Positions 27,014 to 39,973 of a stretch of 64,000 nt of DNA are shown piece after piece (within the stretch, counting starts at the first letter, position 1; the number at the start of each line of letters is the position of its first letter). This stretch comes from Eledone cirrhosa. Taxonomy: Eukaryota. A program made the translations under genes and the position numbers. Location: contig OZ024761.1 in NCBI GenBank assembly GCA_964016885.1, positions 12,896,001 to 12,960,000 on the forward strand, given 5' to 3'. Under the pieces are notes generated by a model. That model saw only the letters and a list, made by a program, of their open reading frames with translations, was not told the DNA's origin and made no database searches.

Positions 27014-28305
27014 GTAAGTACAATTTCTATATTTTCCTCTTATACACTTTTTTAAACTAAAAATATTTGATGTAAAAGTTTGACTGTGTTAACTGAAGGT
27101 ATGAAGATAATAATGATTTCTTCTAGAGCCACAAGGCCAACAATTTTAGGGGAGGGGAAAGTTGATTAAATCGACTCCAGTGTGTAGTGGAATGATAGAA
27201 TTGGTAAAGCTTTGGACAATAGGCTTTGTGGCCTTTAATAATGGCTTGTCACATTTTGAGTTCAAATCCGACTGAGGTTAGCTTTGTTTTTCATCCTTTT
27301 GGGGTCGGTAAAATAAAGTACCAGTAACACACTTGGGTTGATTTTATCGACTTTCCCCTTCCACCAAATTTGCTGGTCTTGTTTGTTAGGAAGAGTATAT
27401 ACAAGGCATGTATGTATGTAAGTATAAGTACAACTGTATATTTACATAGGTACATATATATATATAAGTATTACACACACACACACGTACGCACACGCAT
27501 ACACACACACACATACATATATATATGATTCTTTGAATTATAGTTGATGTATATAGAAATATAGAGTAACTATAGGTAATAAATGTTGGTAGGAATATTT
27601 GTAAATGTAAGATAATCGCTGTTCAACGCGACACACAAAATACCACAATAATTTCCCCATATTTCCCCCTTCAAAATAAGGTTTTGTCGTTCATACCAGA
27701 GCAGCTTTTTAACTCGTAATATATCAAACTATTCTGGAGGGAAAAGAAATTAAAATGTTACCTTGAAGTTATCTTTCCTTGGTGTTGTAACTGTTGCTTT
27801 TAGAGTTATCTCCCGCGGCAAGTTACACAATAAGACAATAAGAGTTATCTCCCTTAAGAAAATACAGTCAACAGTGAAATAAATCTTTGTATTTATTGTT
27901 TATTTTAGTTTTCATTTATTAAATATTGTTTTTTACTTTATATAAATGTCAGAGATTATGGTTTTAATATTCTTCTTCTTCCTCTTTCTCATCCTCTCAC
28001 CCTCTCTCTTCTTTCTCTCCCTCTCTCTTCTTTCTTTTGCTCTCTCTTCTCTACTCTTTTCTCTCTCCCTCTCCATTCCCTCTATCTTCTCTCTCCCCTC
28101 TCTCTCTTCCCTCATCTCTCCCCTCATTTTTCACTTTTCTCCCGTTTCTCCTCTCTTATCTCTCTCCTCTCCTCTCTCCCTCTCTCTCTCCTCTCCCCCT
28201 CCTCTCTCTTCCCTCCTCTCCTCGCCTCCTCCCTCTCCCTTCCCCCATCTCCTCTCCCTTCCCCCATCTCCTCTCCACCCCTCTCTCTGTTTCTTACATT
28301 TCCAG

Positions 28306-28364
28306 ATGTTGATGGACCAAGCAAACAGATCAGTTTGCAAAAATATTAACAATTTTATCAAACA
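28306..28364 (+). CDS. ACAP2: ACAP BAR exon: MLMDQANRSVCKNINNFIK(Q)
   Basis: Long pyrimidine tract + ccag acceptor, gtaagt donor, 59 nt, phase 0-2. Resembles 'ILFDQTQRSIKAQLQNFVKE'. Confidence 0.92.
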
Positions 28365-28403
28365 GTAAGTAACATTCCATTGTGTGTGTGTGTGTGTGTG
28401 TGC

Positions 28404-28435
<32 letters not shown>

Positions 28436-28617
28436 ATATCTCTTTACATGTCTGTGCATGTGTGTTTGTATCTCTGTGTGTGTATCTGTGTATACATGTC
28501 TGTATATATGCATGTGTGTCAGTGGATGCATGTCTGTGTGTGCATGTTTGTATGCTCGTGTGTATGTGCATGTGCGATTGTATCTGTGTGTATGCATGTG
28601 TGTATGTGCATGTGTAG

Positions 28618-28872
28618 AATTACAATATCACACACTTCCTTGATATCATATATCGGACTACAATATCACACACTTCCTTGATATCATATATCAGACTACA
28701 ATATCACACACTTCCTTGATATCATATATAGGACTACAATATCACACACTTCCTTGATATCATATATAGGACTACAATATCACACACTTCCTTGATATCA
28801 TATATGGGACTACAATATCAAACATCCTTGATATCCTATATATAGGACTCCAATATCTCATACATGTCCTTG

Positions 28873-28909
<37 letters not shown>

Positions 28910-29160
28910 CTACAATATCTCACATATCCTTGATATCATATATATATGGGACTACAGTATCACACATGTGCTTGATATCATATATATATATACTACAATA
29001 TCACACACGTCATCGATATCATATATATAGGACTACAATATCACACACATCCTTGATATTATCTATATAAGACTACAATATCTCACATATGTCGTTGATA
29101 TATATACGACTACAATATCTCACATACTTGATATCATATATATATAGGACTACAATATCC
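28618..29160. repeat. About 38-bp minisatellite, degenerating 3'-ward
   Basis: Unit gactacaatatcacacacttccttgatatcatatatag. Confidence 0.85.
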
Positions 29161-29167
29161 CAAACGT

Positions 29168-30076
29168 CAGCTCGAATGTGACACAGGTTAGCTGGACATG
29201 CTCACCGACATCCAGAGTTGACACTGCACTCAATACTGCTGTGAGAGCCCCTACATGGAGGAGACTGAGGTTAGCTGGACATGCTCACCGACATCCAGAG
29301 TTGACACTGCACTCAGTGCTCCTGTGGGAGCCCCTACATGGAGGAGACTGAGGTTAGCTGGACATGCTCACCGACATCCAGAGTTGACACTGCACTCAGT
29401 GCTCCTGTGGGAGCCCCTACATGGAGGAGACTGAGGTTAGTTGGACATGCTCACCGACATCCAGAGTTGACACTGCACTCAGTGCTCCTGTGAGAGCCCC
29501 TACATGGAGGAGACTGAGGTTAGTTGGACATGCTCACCGACATCCAGAGTTGACACTGCACTCAGTGCTCCTGTGAGAGCCCCTACATGGAGGAGACTGA
29601 GGTTAGTTGGACATGCTCACCGACATCCAGAGTTGACACTGCACTCAGTGCTCCTGTGAGAGCCCCTACATGGAGGAGACTGAGGTTAGTTGGACATGCT
29701 CACCGACATCCAGAGTTGACACTGCACTCAGTGCTCCTGTGGGAGCCCCTACATGGAGGAGACTGAGGTTAGCTGGACATGCTCACCGACATCCAGAGTT
29801 GACACTGCACTCAATACTCCTGTGAGAGCCCCTACATGGAGGAGACTGAGGTTAGCTGGACATGCTCACCGACATCCAGAGTTGACACTGCACTCAATGC
29901 TCCTGTGGGAGCCCCTACATGGACGCACTGGAAGTGGAAGGCTGAGGTTGACGTATGTTGATGCCCTAACGACAGGCACTGGTCTGTTGGAGACGCAGGT
30001 CATGGCAGCGATAATGAGGGACAGAGACCGCTGGAGAGAACTCGTCCATGGATCTCGGGAATTTTACCCACCCTAG
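29168..30076 (+). mobile_element. RTE/RTE-X-like LINE 3' end with an 82-bp segment amplified about 9 times
   Basis: Unit ggaggagactgaggttagctggacatgctcaccgacatccagagttgacactgcactcagtgctcctgtgggagcccctacat; the unamplified version is at 18108-18350. Confidence 0.8.
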
Positions 30077-30203
30077 ATAGATAGATATTTCACATATCCG
30101 TTTTTTTCTGAAATAGTAAGGTGCTATTCCCAGGGGAGTTGGCTGCTATTTTTACAGCAGGATGAGTGCTCTAACTGAGGTTTCAACTACAATCTTTCTT
30201 CAG

Positions 30204-30387
30204 GGATATCCGCAAAGTGAAAGAAGCCAAGAAATACTTTGAGAAAATCAGTGATGAGATGGACACTGCGTTGATAAAGAACTCCAATGCCCTACGCAGT
30301 AAACCTCAGGAATGTGAGGATGCCACAAATGGTTTGATTGCCATGAGTTCTGCCTTTGCCCACAATTCTTTGGATTATGTTTACCAG
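30204..30387 (+). CDS. ACAP2: ACAP BAR exon: DIRKVKEAKKYFEKISDEMDTALIKNSNALRSKPQECEDATNGLIAMSSAFAHNSLDYVYQ
   Basis: ttcttcag acceptor, gtaagc donor, 184 nt, phase 2-0. Strong resemblance to ACAP 'DLRKFKDAKKQFEKVSEE...HIALDYVLQ'. Confidence 0.95.
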
Positions 30388-30748
30388 GTAAGCCAGCAAG
30401 TTATCTTCTCCTTTCTTCATCACCACCATCACCTCCACCATCACCATCATCATTAATCACCATCATCATTAATCACCACCATCACCACCACCACCACCAT
30501 CATCATCACCACCACCACCACCATCATCATCACCACCACCACCATCACCACCACCACCACCACCATCACCACCATCACCACCACGATCATCATCACCACC
30601 ATCATTATCATCACCACCACTATTACCATCATCATCATCACCACCACCATCATCGTCACCACCATCTTCACCATCATCACCATCACCATCATCATCATCA
30701 TCACCATCACCATCACCATCATCACCATCATTATTATTATCATTATCA

Positions 30749-30940
30749 AGGGCGCTGGATTGGCAGTTTCGGTAGAGCGTCAGACACCATGCTTTGAAGC
30801 ATAGAGTTATGGCCCTTTACGTTATGAGTTCAAATCCCACCGAGGTTAACTTTGCCTTTCATCCTTACGGGGGTCGATAAAATAAAGTACCAGTAATGCA
30901 CTGGGTAATTGCTGGCCTTGTGCCTAAAGTAGAAACATTT
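30749..30940 (+). mobile_element. SINE (gtcgataaaataaagtaccag family)
   Basis: B-box-like gagttcaaatcc; body ctttgcctttcatccttacgggggtcgataaaataaagtaccag. Other copies at 45925-46100 (+), 39145-39500 (-), 62678-63125 (-), 27120-27390. Confidence 0.8.
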
Positions 30941-31071
30941 ATTTAGGAGGGGGAGGGGGTGACATCTCTCTCTCTCTCTCTTCACCTTTCACCTACTCTC
31001 TTTTTTCTCCTCTCCCCTACACTCATCCTCTTCCTCTCTCTTTCCTTCATTCCTCTCCCTACTCCCTTTTT

Positions 31072-31091
31072 CAAGAGAGAGAGAAATAGTG

Positions 31092-31124
<33 letters not shown>

Positions 31125-31133
31125 AATAGTGAG

Positions 31134-31164
<31 letters not shown>

Positions 31165-31168
31165 AATA

Positions 31169-31205
<37 letters not shown>

Positions 31206-31362
31206 AAGAAATAGAAAGATATATAGAGAGAGAGAGAGAGAAAGAAATAGAAAGATATATATAGAGAGAGAGAGAGAAAGAAATAGAAAGATATATAGAG
31301 AGAGAGAGAGAGAAAGAAATAGAAAGATATAGAGAGAGAGAGAGAGAGAAAGAAATAGAAAG

Positions 31363-31393
<31 letters not shown>

Positions 31394-32334
31394 AATAGAA
31401 AGATATAGATAGAGAGAGAGAGAGAGAAAGAAATAGAAAGATATAGATAGAGAGAGAGAGAGAGAAAGAAATAGAAAGATATAGAGAGAGAGAGAGAGAG
31501 AAAGAAATAGAAAGATATATATATAGAGAGAGAGAGAGAAAGAAATAGAAAGATATAGAGAGAGAGAGAAAGAAAAAGAAATAGAAAGATATATATATAT
31601 AGAGAGAGAGAAAGAAATAGAAAGATATATATATATATAGAGAGAGAAAGAAATAGAAAGATATATATATAGAGAGAGAGAGAAAGAAATAGAAAGATAT
31701 ATATAGAGAGAGAGAGAGAAAGAAATAGAAAGATATATATATATAGAGAGAGAAAGAAATAGAAAGATATATATATATATAGAGAGAGAGAAATAGAAAG
31801 ATATATATAGACAGAGAGAGAGAGAGAAAGATATATATATATAGAGAGAGAGAGAGAAAGAAATAGAAAGATATAGAGAGAGAGAGACAGAAAGAAATAG
31901 AAAGATATATATATAGAGAGAGAGAGAGAGAAAGAAATAGAAAGATATATATATAGAGAGAGAGAGAAAGAAATAGAAAGATATATATATAGAGAGAGAG
32001 AAAGAAATAGAAAGATATATATAGAGAGAGAGAGAGAGAAAGAAATAGAAAGATATATATAGAGAGAGAGAGAGAGAAAGATATATATATATATATAGAG
32101 AGAGAGAAAGAAATAGAAAGATATATAGAGAGAGAGAGAGAAAGAAATAGAAAGATATATATATATATATAGAGAGAGAGAAAGATATATATATATATAG
32201 AGAGAGAGAAAGAAATAGAAAGATATATATATATATAGAGAGAGAGAGAAAGAAATAGAAAGATATATAGAGAGAGAGAGAGAAAGAAATAGAAAGATAT
32301 ATATATAGAGAGAGAGAGAGAAAGAAATAGAAAG

Positions 32335-32365
<31 letters not shown>

Positions 32366-32505
32366 AAGAAATAGAAAGATATATATATAGAGAGAGAGAG
32401 AGAAAGAAATAGAAAGATATATATATATATATAGAGAGAGAAAGAAATAGAAAGATATATAGAGAGAGAGAGAAATAGAAAGAAATAGTGAGAGAGAGAG
32501 AGAGA
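31072..32505. repeat. Compound (AG)n/(AT)n/aaagaaatagaaag repeat
   Basis: Direct inspection. Confidence 0.95.
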
Positions 32506-32674
32506 CTATTGTAGCAAATAATGTGATGTGTAGACAGCAAATATTACATAGTGGTTATTTACTTATCTTCTATCATCGTGGGCTTGTATCAATGGCTGCA
32601 AATATTTACATTTGTGTAAAATAAATCTGAAATAAAATAAATCTGAAGTTAAATAAATGTGTTGTTTGTTCCAG

Positions 32675-32719
32675 ATCAATGTGCTACGACTGAAGAAACG
32701 GTTTGATGTGCTAGAAACG
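32675..32719 (+). CDS. ACAP2: ACAP BAR exon: INVLRLKKRFDVLET
   Basis: ttccag acceptor, gtgagt donor, 45 nt, phase 0-0. Resembles 'INVLQSKRRSEILKS'. Confidence 0.92.
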
Positions 32720-33117
32720 GTGAGTATACATAAATGATGATCATCATCATCATTTTACGTCCGCTTTTCCCTGCTTGCAAGGGTGGGACGGGTCCTATTC
32801 AGCACAGCATCTCTCGATTTGTCATGGTCCTTCGTCATCTCCACCGTGAGCTTCAGCGATCTGAGGTCTGCTCTCACCACTTCTGCCCATATATTTATAT
32901 ACAATCTGCTCTGTGTGTGTGTGTGTGTAGTTATATATATATATATATATGTACGTGTGTGTGTTTGTATATATATATATATATATATAATGTAGGAGGT
33001 GAGTTTTATTGTAGCACAATAAAGCAATGCAAATATCGGATAAGTAGCACTCTACAGTATGTTGATTTAAAACTTCACTATTCACAAGTGTTTTTTAAGC
33101 TTCATATCATGTCGCCC

Positions 33118-33188
33118 TATTTTATCTGATGAGAACGCAGATATCATCCCATGATGATATTTATTTTTGAAATGCGCATAATAAAATA
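33118..33188 (+). ncRNA. Type I hammerhead ribozyme motif (family B)
   Basis: Stem I tattttat/ataaaata; CTGATGA; stem II with atatcatc/gatgatat; GAAA; palindromic stem III atgcgcat; AUA. Confidence 0.75.
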
Positions 33189-33339
33189 CTTGGAACTCTT
33201 TTAACCATCTTTTGATCTTATATTATGTGTATATATATATACACATACATATATATGAATGTATATATTGTATATTTAATAATATACTGTATGTTTATTT
33301 AAAAATATTTTAAAGGCCTTTCACTATGAATTTTAAGGT

Positions 33340-33575
33340 AGTGACTCATGTCACATACCTAGCTTCAGTAAAAACGAAGGGAAGTAATCGACACTGAGCG
33401 TTTCTCACTTATTAGTGGTTGTCAAGATTTCACATCCCTTCGCCTTTGCAGAAAGCTATCGAAGCTGGATTCTTATAGAATTCCAGTTATGTTTATGAGC
33501 TGTTGAAACTCATTTGCATACAGCGCGGTTGCCGGCCCAGCATCAATTAGAAATTTGTATTGGTGCTCAGAAATA
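33340..33575 (-). mobile_element. Diverged single copy related to the 310-bp hammerhead unit, with a mutated core
   Basis: Shares gggaagtaatc and gcggttgccgg...attagaaatt...tgctc.gaaata. The minus strand reads aatc-TTGACAA-..-GAAA-..-TC-gattac. Confidence 0.65.
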
Positions 33576-33679
33576 CTGTGTTACTCTGATACCCCTTCAC
33601 CTCGACCAGGGGTTACGGGGTCCATTCCTAAAGTCACATGATGATGTTTATTTCTTTATTATCTTTCTGTTTGTTTCAG

Positions 33680-33775
33680 ATGTTGTCTTTCATGAATGCT
33701 CAAAATACCTACTTTCATCAGGGTCACGACCTTTTCACTGATTTAGACCCCTATGTGAAGAATGTCAGAGACCAG
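33680..33775 (+). CDS. ACAP2: ACAP BAR exon: MLSFMNAQNTYFHQGHDLFTDLDPYVKNVRDQ
   Basis: tttcag acceptor, gtcagt donor, 96 nt, phase 0-0. Resembles 'MLSFMYAHLAFFHQGYDLFSELGPYMKDLGAQ'. Confidence 0.95.
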
Positions 33776-33923
33776 GTCAGTTTTACAACTTCATATATTT
33801 CACTTACATAATATCTATCTATTTATTTAATCAATTTAAACGTTGGTATAGAGCTGGTATATATATATATATATAATATATATATCAAAATAAAGATCCG
33901 AAGGCATGGTATAAATTTCCAAT

Positions 33924-34010
33924 CATTCTAATCACGACACATGTTTCAATAAGAGATAGATCGATCGTGTAGCCATGATCGATTATCACTGATCTCGTCA
34001 GGTGAAAATG
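33924..34010 (-). ncRNA. Type I hammerhead ribozyme motif (family C)
   Basis: Minus strand: tcac-CTGACGA-long stem II (atcgatc/gatcgat)-GAAA-catgtg-TC-gtga; GUC triplet. Confidence 0.65.
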
Positions 34011-34260
34011 AATTGTCTTCAAATCCTTGATATGAGGGAGAAAATTAACGATGTTCACTCACAGAGTCTAGTCCCTCATTTGAAGATCAAGCAGTCAAAA
34101 CACAGCGACTGCTATCGTCTTCAGTTAGGGGTCATAAAACTATCAAGTCTCTATCTAAATATATATATATATATATTTGTTGCAAGGTTGCTTAGATGCG
34201 TCCATAGGCGGTATGCTGGTTGAGCACTCTATGCTCCTTCATAGCAGAGTATAATAATAT

Positions 34261-34572
34261 GGAAAACGAAGAATCAGTGATGCATCAAAACACAATTTAT
34301 TAATGTATTACAAGTGTTTCTCCGGTGAACAGCTCGAGGTGCGAACTGTTTGTGGCTCGAACCTGACTCTGGTTTCGCAAGTTCCTCAGGCTCATCTGGC
34401 GTCTTCAAAGCAAATCTTCCGTCTGATCAGTCGCTAGACGTATCTGAGGAACTTGCGACTCCAGAGTCAGGTTTGATCCATAAATAGATCGCACCTCAAG
34501 CTGTTCACCGGAGAAACACTTGTAATACGTTAATAAATTGTCTTTCGATGCATCACTGGTTCTTTGTTTTCT
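34261..34572. repeat. Imperfect inverted repeat (arms about 130 bp) carrying hammerhead cores
   Basis: 34261-34389 is the reverse complement of about 34444-34572. Confidence 0.85.
34438..34530 (+). ncRNA. Hammerhead-like motif with 62-nt domain II (family D)
   Basis: acgtat-CTGAGGA-62 nt-GAAA-cacttg-TA-atacgt; stem I is a perfect 6 bp. Confidence 0.55.
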
Positions 34573-34602
34573 AGAGTATATATATATATATATATATATA
34601 TA

Positions 34603-35473
34603 TCATCATCATCATCATCATCATCAGGTTTAGCGTCCGTGTTCCACGCTTGCATGGGTTTGGACGGGGGTTTTCCCACTTGAGGCAAGAGTGGTTGTCT
34701 TGCTCGCATAGGACTGTCTGGCGGGTTTTCTACAGTTGGATGCCCTTCCTAACACCAACCACATTTACAGTGTGGGGCTGGGAGGTTTTTACCGTGTTGC
34801 CTACACGGCCATATTACAGCGTGGACTGTCTGGCGGGTTTTCTACAGCTGGATGCCCTTCCTAACACCAACCACATTTACAGTGTGGGGCTGGGAGGTTT
34901 TTACCGTGTTGCCTACACGGCCACATTTACAGCGTGGACTGTGTGTTTTTTGTCGTGACACCTACACGATCTCATTTGTTTCGGCCTGGATGTTGTGGGA
35001 CCAACATAACTTTACATTGAAAGGGGCGGTGTGGGTGGGGTGGAGGTGGTGGGACGGGGGTGTGTTTTGATAGAGGTGCCTACTGACTGTAGTAGGTTTT
35101 TACTTTGTATTTAGGTAAGGCGGGTCTTCTCTATTACTGAGTACCGCCAAAGGTCTCGGTCCAGTGACATTGTCTTGGAGAGGTGTAAGCGTGTGAGGTC
35201 GGAATTTATCAGCTCGTCCCATGTTTTTCTGGGTCTGCCTACTCCGTGGCTACCGTCTATCTTTATTGCCCTGTACTTTGTTATACAGCTGTCGTCTTTC
35301 ATGCGCATCACGTGACCGTACCAACGTAGCCTTCTCTCGAGTAAACAACATCTGATCCCTCTTATTTCTAATTTTTTCCTTAGTTCGTTTATGCTTTGCC
35401 GTTCACGTATATTACTATTGCACATCCAGCGGAGCATGCAAGCTTCGTTCCTCTCTAGTCTGCGTATATCCTC
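34603..35473 (-). mobile_element. RTE LINE 3' end, second copy, with a duplicated 3'UTR segment
   Basis: Near-identical to 16802-17570; ORF 35111..35437. Confidence 0.92.
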
Positions 35474-35507
<34 letters not shown>

Positions 35508-35571
35508 ATATATATATATACATGATGGCTGCCCCCTCGTTATCGAGTATGACCATTGCATGATATACCAT

Positions 35572-35830
35572 TCATCATCATCATCGTTTAACGTCCATTT
35601 TCCACGCTAGCATGAGTCTGGACGGGAATTGTCCCACTTGAGGCAAGATTGGTTGTCTTGCTCGTATATAGGACTGTCTGGCAGGTTTTCTACGGCTGGA
35701 TGCCCTTCCCAACACCAACCACGTTTACAGTGTGGACTGGGAGGTTTTTACCGTGTTACCTACACGGCCACATTACAGCGTGGACTGTGTGTTTTTTTGT
35801 CGTGACACCTACACGACCTCATTTGTTTCC
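35572..35830 (-). mobile_element. RTE 3'UTR-only fragment; similar pieces at 15512-15637 and 42310-42572
   Basis: Homology to 16802-17075; (CAT)n tail. Confidence 0.75.
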
Positions 35831-36953
35831 ATTATTAATAATTATTAATTAATTCTATCGTGCAATGCCTGTGTGTGAAGATATTTTTTAAAGTGAGGAA
35901 AGACTGTGCACTGAGCCAATCCCACTCTCTCAGCGACAGTAGCTATAACCCGAAAAGAAGAAAGGATCAACATCATCGGTAACTACTGAGCCCTCTGTAT
36001 GTATGTATGTATGTATGTATATATATATATATATATACATTCTTTTTGGTAAATATCATCTTGGTTAAGAGAGTGGGACTGGCTTTGTGCAGTGCCTTTG
36101 CTCACTATAAAAGCTTCACGGCACAGGCATTGCTTTATATCTGGAGATCTCTCTGCACTTGTCGTCACATGGTACCATGGGCCCAGCACTATGTGTCAAT
36201 AGTTGTCACAAGTGTAGTGTTTGTACCAGAGTTTTCAAGTCGCTGGCTGGACTAAAAAGTCACACTCGTTCAGCACATCGGTAGGGGTTCCCCTACATGG
36301 ATATAAAGTAGTGGCCATACTCAAAAATGAGTTGGCAGCCACCATGTATGTATGTATGTATGTATGTATGTATATATATATATATATGTATATATGTATA
36401 TATATATATATACATATAGTGAATTGACAGTCGTTAGAATGTCATAAGAATGGGGTTTATGGTGTTTGTTCTAGCTCTCTGAGTTCAAATCCTGCCTATG
36501 TCAACATTGCCCTTCATACTTTTGGTGGAAGTGGGGTGGTGATGGTGACAGTGGGGTGGTGATAGTGATGGGGGGGGGGGTCAACAGGTCAAGATTCCAT
36601 TGATTCAAGAGAAAATTCTCTCAATTTAAATAGAAAATTCGTTTTCTATTTAGAATGAAGGTCCACCTGGCATTGTGTTGGTCTGGAGTGTGTGTGTGTG
36701 TATATGTATATATGTATATATATATATGTGTGTGTGTGTATGTGTGTATATATATATATATATATGTATGTGTATATGTGTGTGTATATGTGTGTGTGTA
36801 TGTATGTGTGTATATATACATGTATGTGTGTATATGTGTGTGTATATATATATATACATGTGTGTGTATGTGTGTGTATATGTGTGTATATATATGTATG
36901 TGTGTATATATGTGTGTGTATATATATATGTATGTGTGTATATGTGTTTGTAT

Positions 36954-36989
<36 letters not shown>

Positions 36990-37018
36990 ATGTGTGTGTT
37001 TGTATATATGTATGTATA

Positions 37019-37064
<46 letters not shown>

Positions 37065-37222
37065 TATATACACACACACACATATATATATACACACATA
37101 TATATATATACACACACATATATATACACACATTCATTCATCCCACTAGCATGGTCCCACACCCACCAGAGAATAACTATAATTTAGAACTGACCAATGT
37201 GTATATATATATATATAATGTG

Positions 37223-37253
<31 letters not shown>

Positions 37254-38124
37254 GTATATGTGTGTGTGTATATGTGTGTGTGTACACTTTAAATGTCATT
37301 CAATATGGTGTCAGCAGTATATGTGTGTATGTTATGTATGTGTGTGTGTGGATTAGTACTTTTAAAGCAGGTTTGATTGTGGAGGGTGTGTTTCTTTGTG
37401 TGTGTATATGTGCATGTTTGTGTGTGTGCATGTTTGTGTTTGTTTGTTTGTGTGTGTGTGTATGTTTGTGTATGTGTGTGTGTTTGTTAGTGTGTATATT
37501 TGTGTGTGTGTGTGTGTGTTTGTTAGTGTGTATATTTGTGTCTGTGTATATTTGTGTGTGTGTTTGTGTGTATGTGTATGTGTGTGTGTATGTGTGTGTG
37601 TATGTGTGTGTGTTTGTGTGTTTGTTTGATATATTTGTGTGTTTGTGTGTATATGTGTGTTTGTGTGTGTATGTGTGTTTGTTTGTGTGTGTGTGTTTGT
37701 TTGTGTGTGTATGTGCGTTTGTTTGAATGTGTGTGTGTGTATGTGTGTGTGTTTGTATGTGTGTTTGTTTGTTTGTGTATGTTTGTGTGTGTGTGTATGT
37801 TTGTGTGTGTATATACTATACTATCTCTGAAAGTAAGATGATGTAAAAGGGTGTGTTTAGGAAATGTCATCATCATCATCTTCGTTTAACGTCCATGATG
37901 ATGATGATGATGACATTACATAAACACACCCTTTCACATCATCTTACTTTCAGAGATAGTATAGTATATACACACAGACACGTGTATATATATATATATG
38001 TATGTGTGTGTACGTATGTTATGTATGTATATTTGTTATATATGTATATATATATACATAAATAAAAGATAATAGCCTCTCTCTCTCTCTCTATATATAT
38101 ACATATATAAGATAATAGCCTCTC

Positions 38125-38236
<112 letters not shown>

Positions 38237-38300
38237 CGTCTCTCTCTCTTTCTCTCGCTCTCTTTCTCTCTCTTTCTCTCTCGTTCTTTATATAGATAAC

Positions 38301-38363
<63 letters not shown>

Positions 38364-39511
38364 GTCTATTATCATTACATTATTAAATCTTTAACAGCCA
38401 ACCAACCCACCGACCAACAGCAACAGACAAAACTGAAGGGAATAGCAACAAACCACCACCACCACCACCATTATACCCATCCCCACACCACACCACCATT
38501 ATACCCATCCCCACATCACACCACCGCCACCACCACCACCACCACCACCCTCCCCACCACCACCACCACCAGCCACTTACCTGTCTATATTTCTCTAAAT
38601 CAATTATTTGCCATAAACTGCAATGGATTAGACACACTCAGTTATTCCTTGTCAATCTACCTATTATTATAACTCTTATCACAACTGTTATTATTACAAC
38701 TATAACTATTATTAATATACCTGTTTGTTGTTATACCTGTGATTACTGTATGCATTACACACCTGTCTGTGAGGGTCTGTCTCCTCCCAGGCACCTCTAT
38801 CCACTTCGAGCAATCACCACCATGCTTACTTCACTCCATTTTCTCCTCAACTATTATTTATAGACATCGACTCTTGTTGCAGCAACCATCGGTGCTGGGA
38901 CACACACACACGCGACCAATACTACAGTCATATGTTCTGGGACACACACACACACGCGACCAATACTACAGTCATATGTCCTGGGACACACACACACACG
39001 ACCAATACTACAGTCATATGTCCTGGGACACACACACACGTGACCAATACTACAGTCATATGTCCTGGGACACACACACACGCGACCAATACTACAGTCA
39101 TATGTCCTGGGACACACACATTTCAAATTTCAGAATAATAATAATAATTGTTTCTACGTTAGGCACAAGGCCAGCAATTACCCCAGTACATTACTGGTAC
39201 TTTATTTTATCGACCCCGTAAGGATGAAAGGCAAAGTTAACCTCGGCGGGATTTGAACTCAGAATGGCAAGGGCCGTAACTCTATGCGTCAATAATAATA
39301 ATAATAATAATAATAACTGCTTTTACTTGAGGCTCAAGGCCAGCAATTTTTTGGGGAGGGGGAGGAGGGAGTAAAGTTGAGTAGATAGACACCAGTGTAT
39401 TACTGGTACTTTATTTTATATCGACCCTGTAAGGATGAAAGGCAAAGTTAACCTCAGCGGGATTTGAACTCAGAATGTAAAGGGACATTACTCTATGCCA
39501 CATATATATAC

Positions 39512-39554
39512 ACCGAGCTGAGGATCTGAATAAGGTGAAACATTTGTTCTCGGT
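39512..39554 (+). ncRNA. Compact type I hammerhead motif (family E)
   Basis: accgag-CTGAGGA-tctgaataaggt-GAAA-catttg-TT-ctcggt. Perfect 6-bp stem I, GUU triplet, weak stem II. Confidence 0.6.
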
Positions 39555-39579
39555 ACGGTGAACTAACTGTTGTGGTACT

Positions 39580-39688
<109 letters not shown>

Positions 39689-39973
39689 CTCGTGTATATA
39701 TATATATATATATAACTCTACTTATATCCATACCGTGTATATACTGCTCTTAACATAAACACAAGACCACAAAATTCGGGGGGGGAGTGGAAAGTCGTTT
39801 AAATCGACCCCAGTGTATCACTGGTACTTTATTTTATCGACCCAGTATGTAAATAATAATAACCCTAACTATTATTACTACTACAATGGATTACACATGT
39901 ACCTGTTCTTAACTAAAGTTAATCAAATCCAGGTGGGTGTCTTTGTATGTTACTTGCTGTGGATATTGGATAT

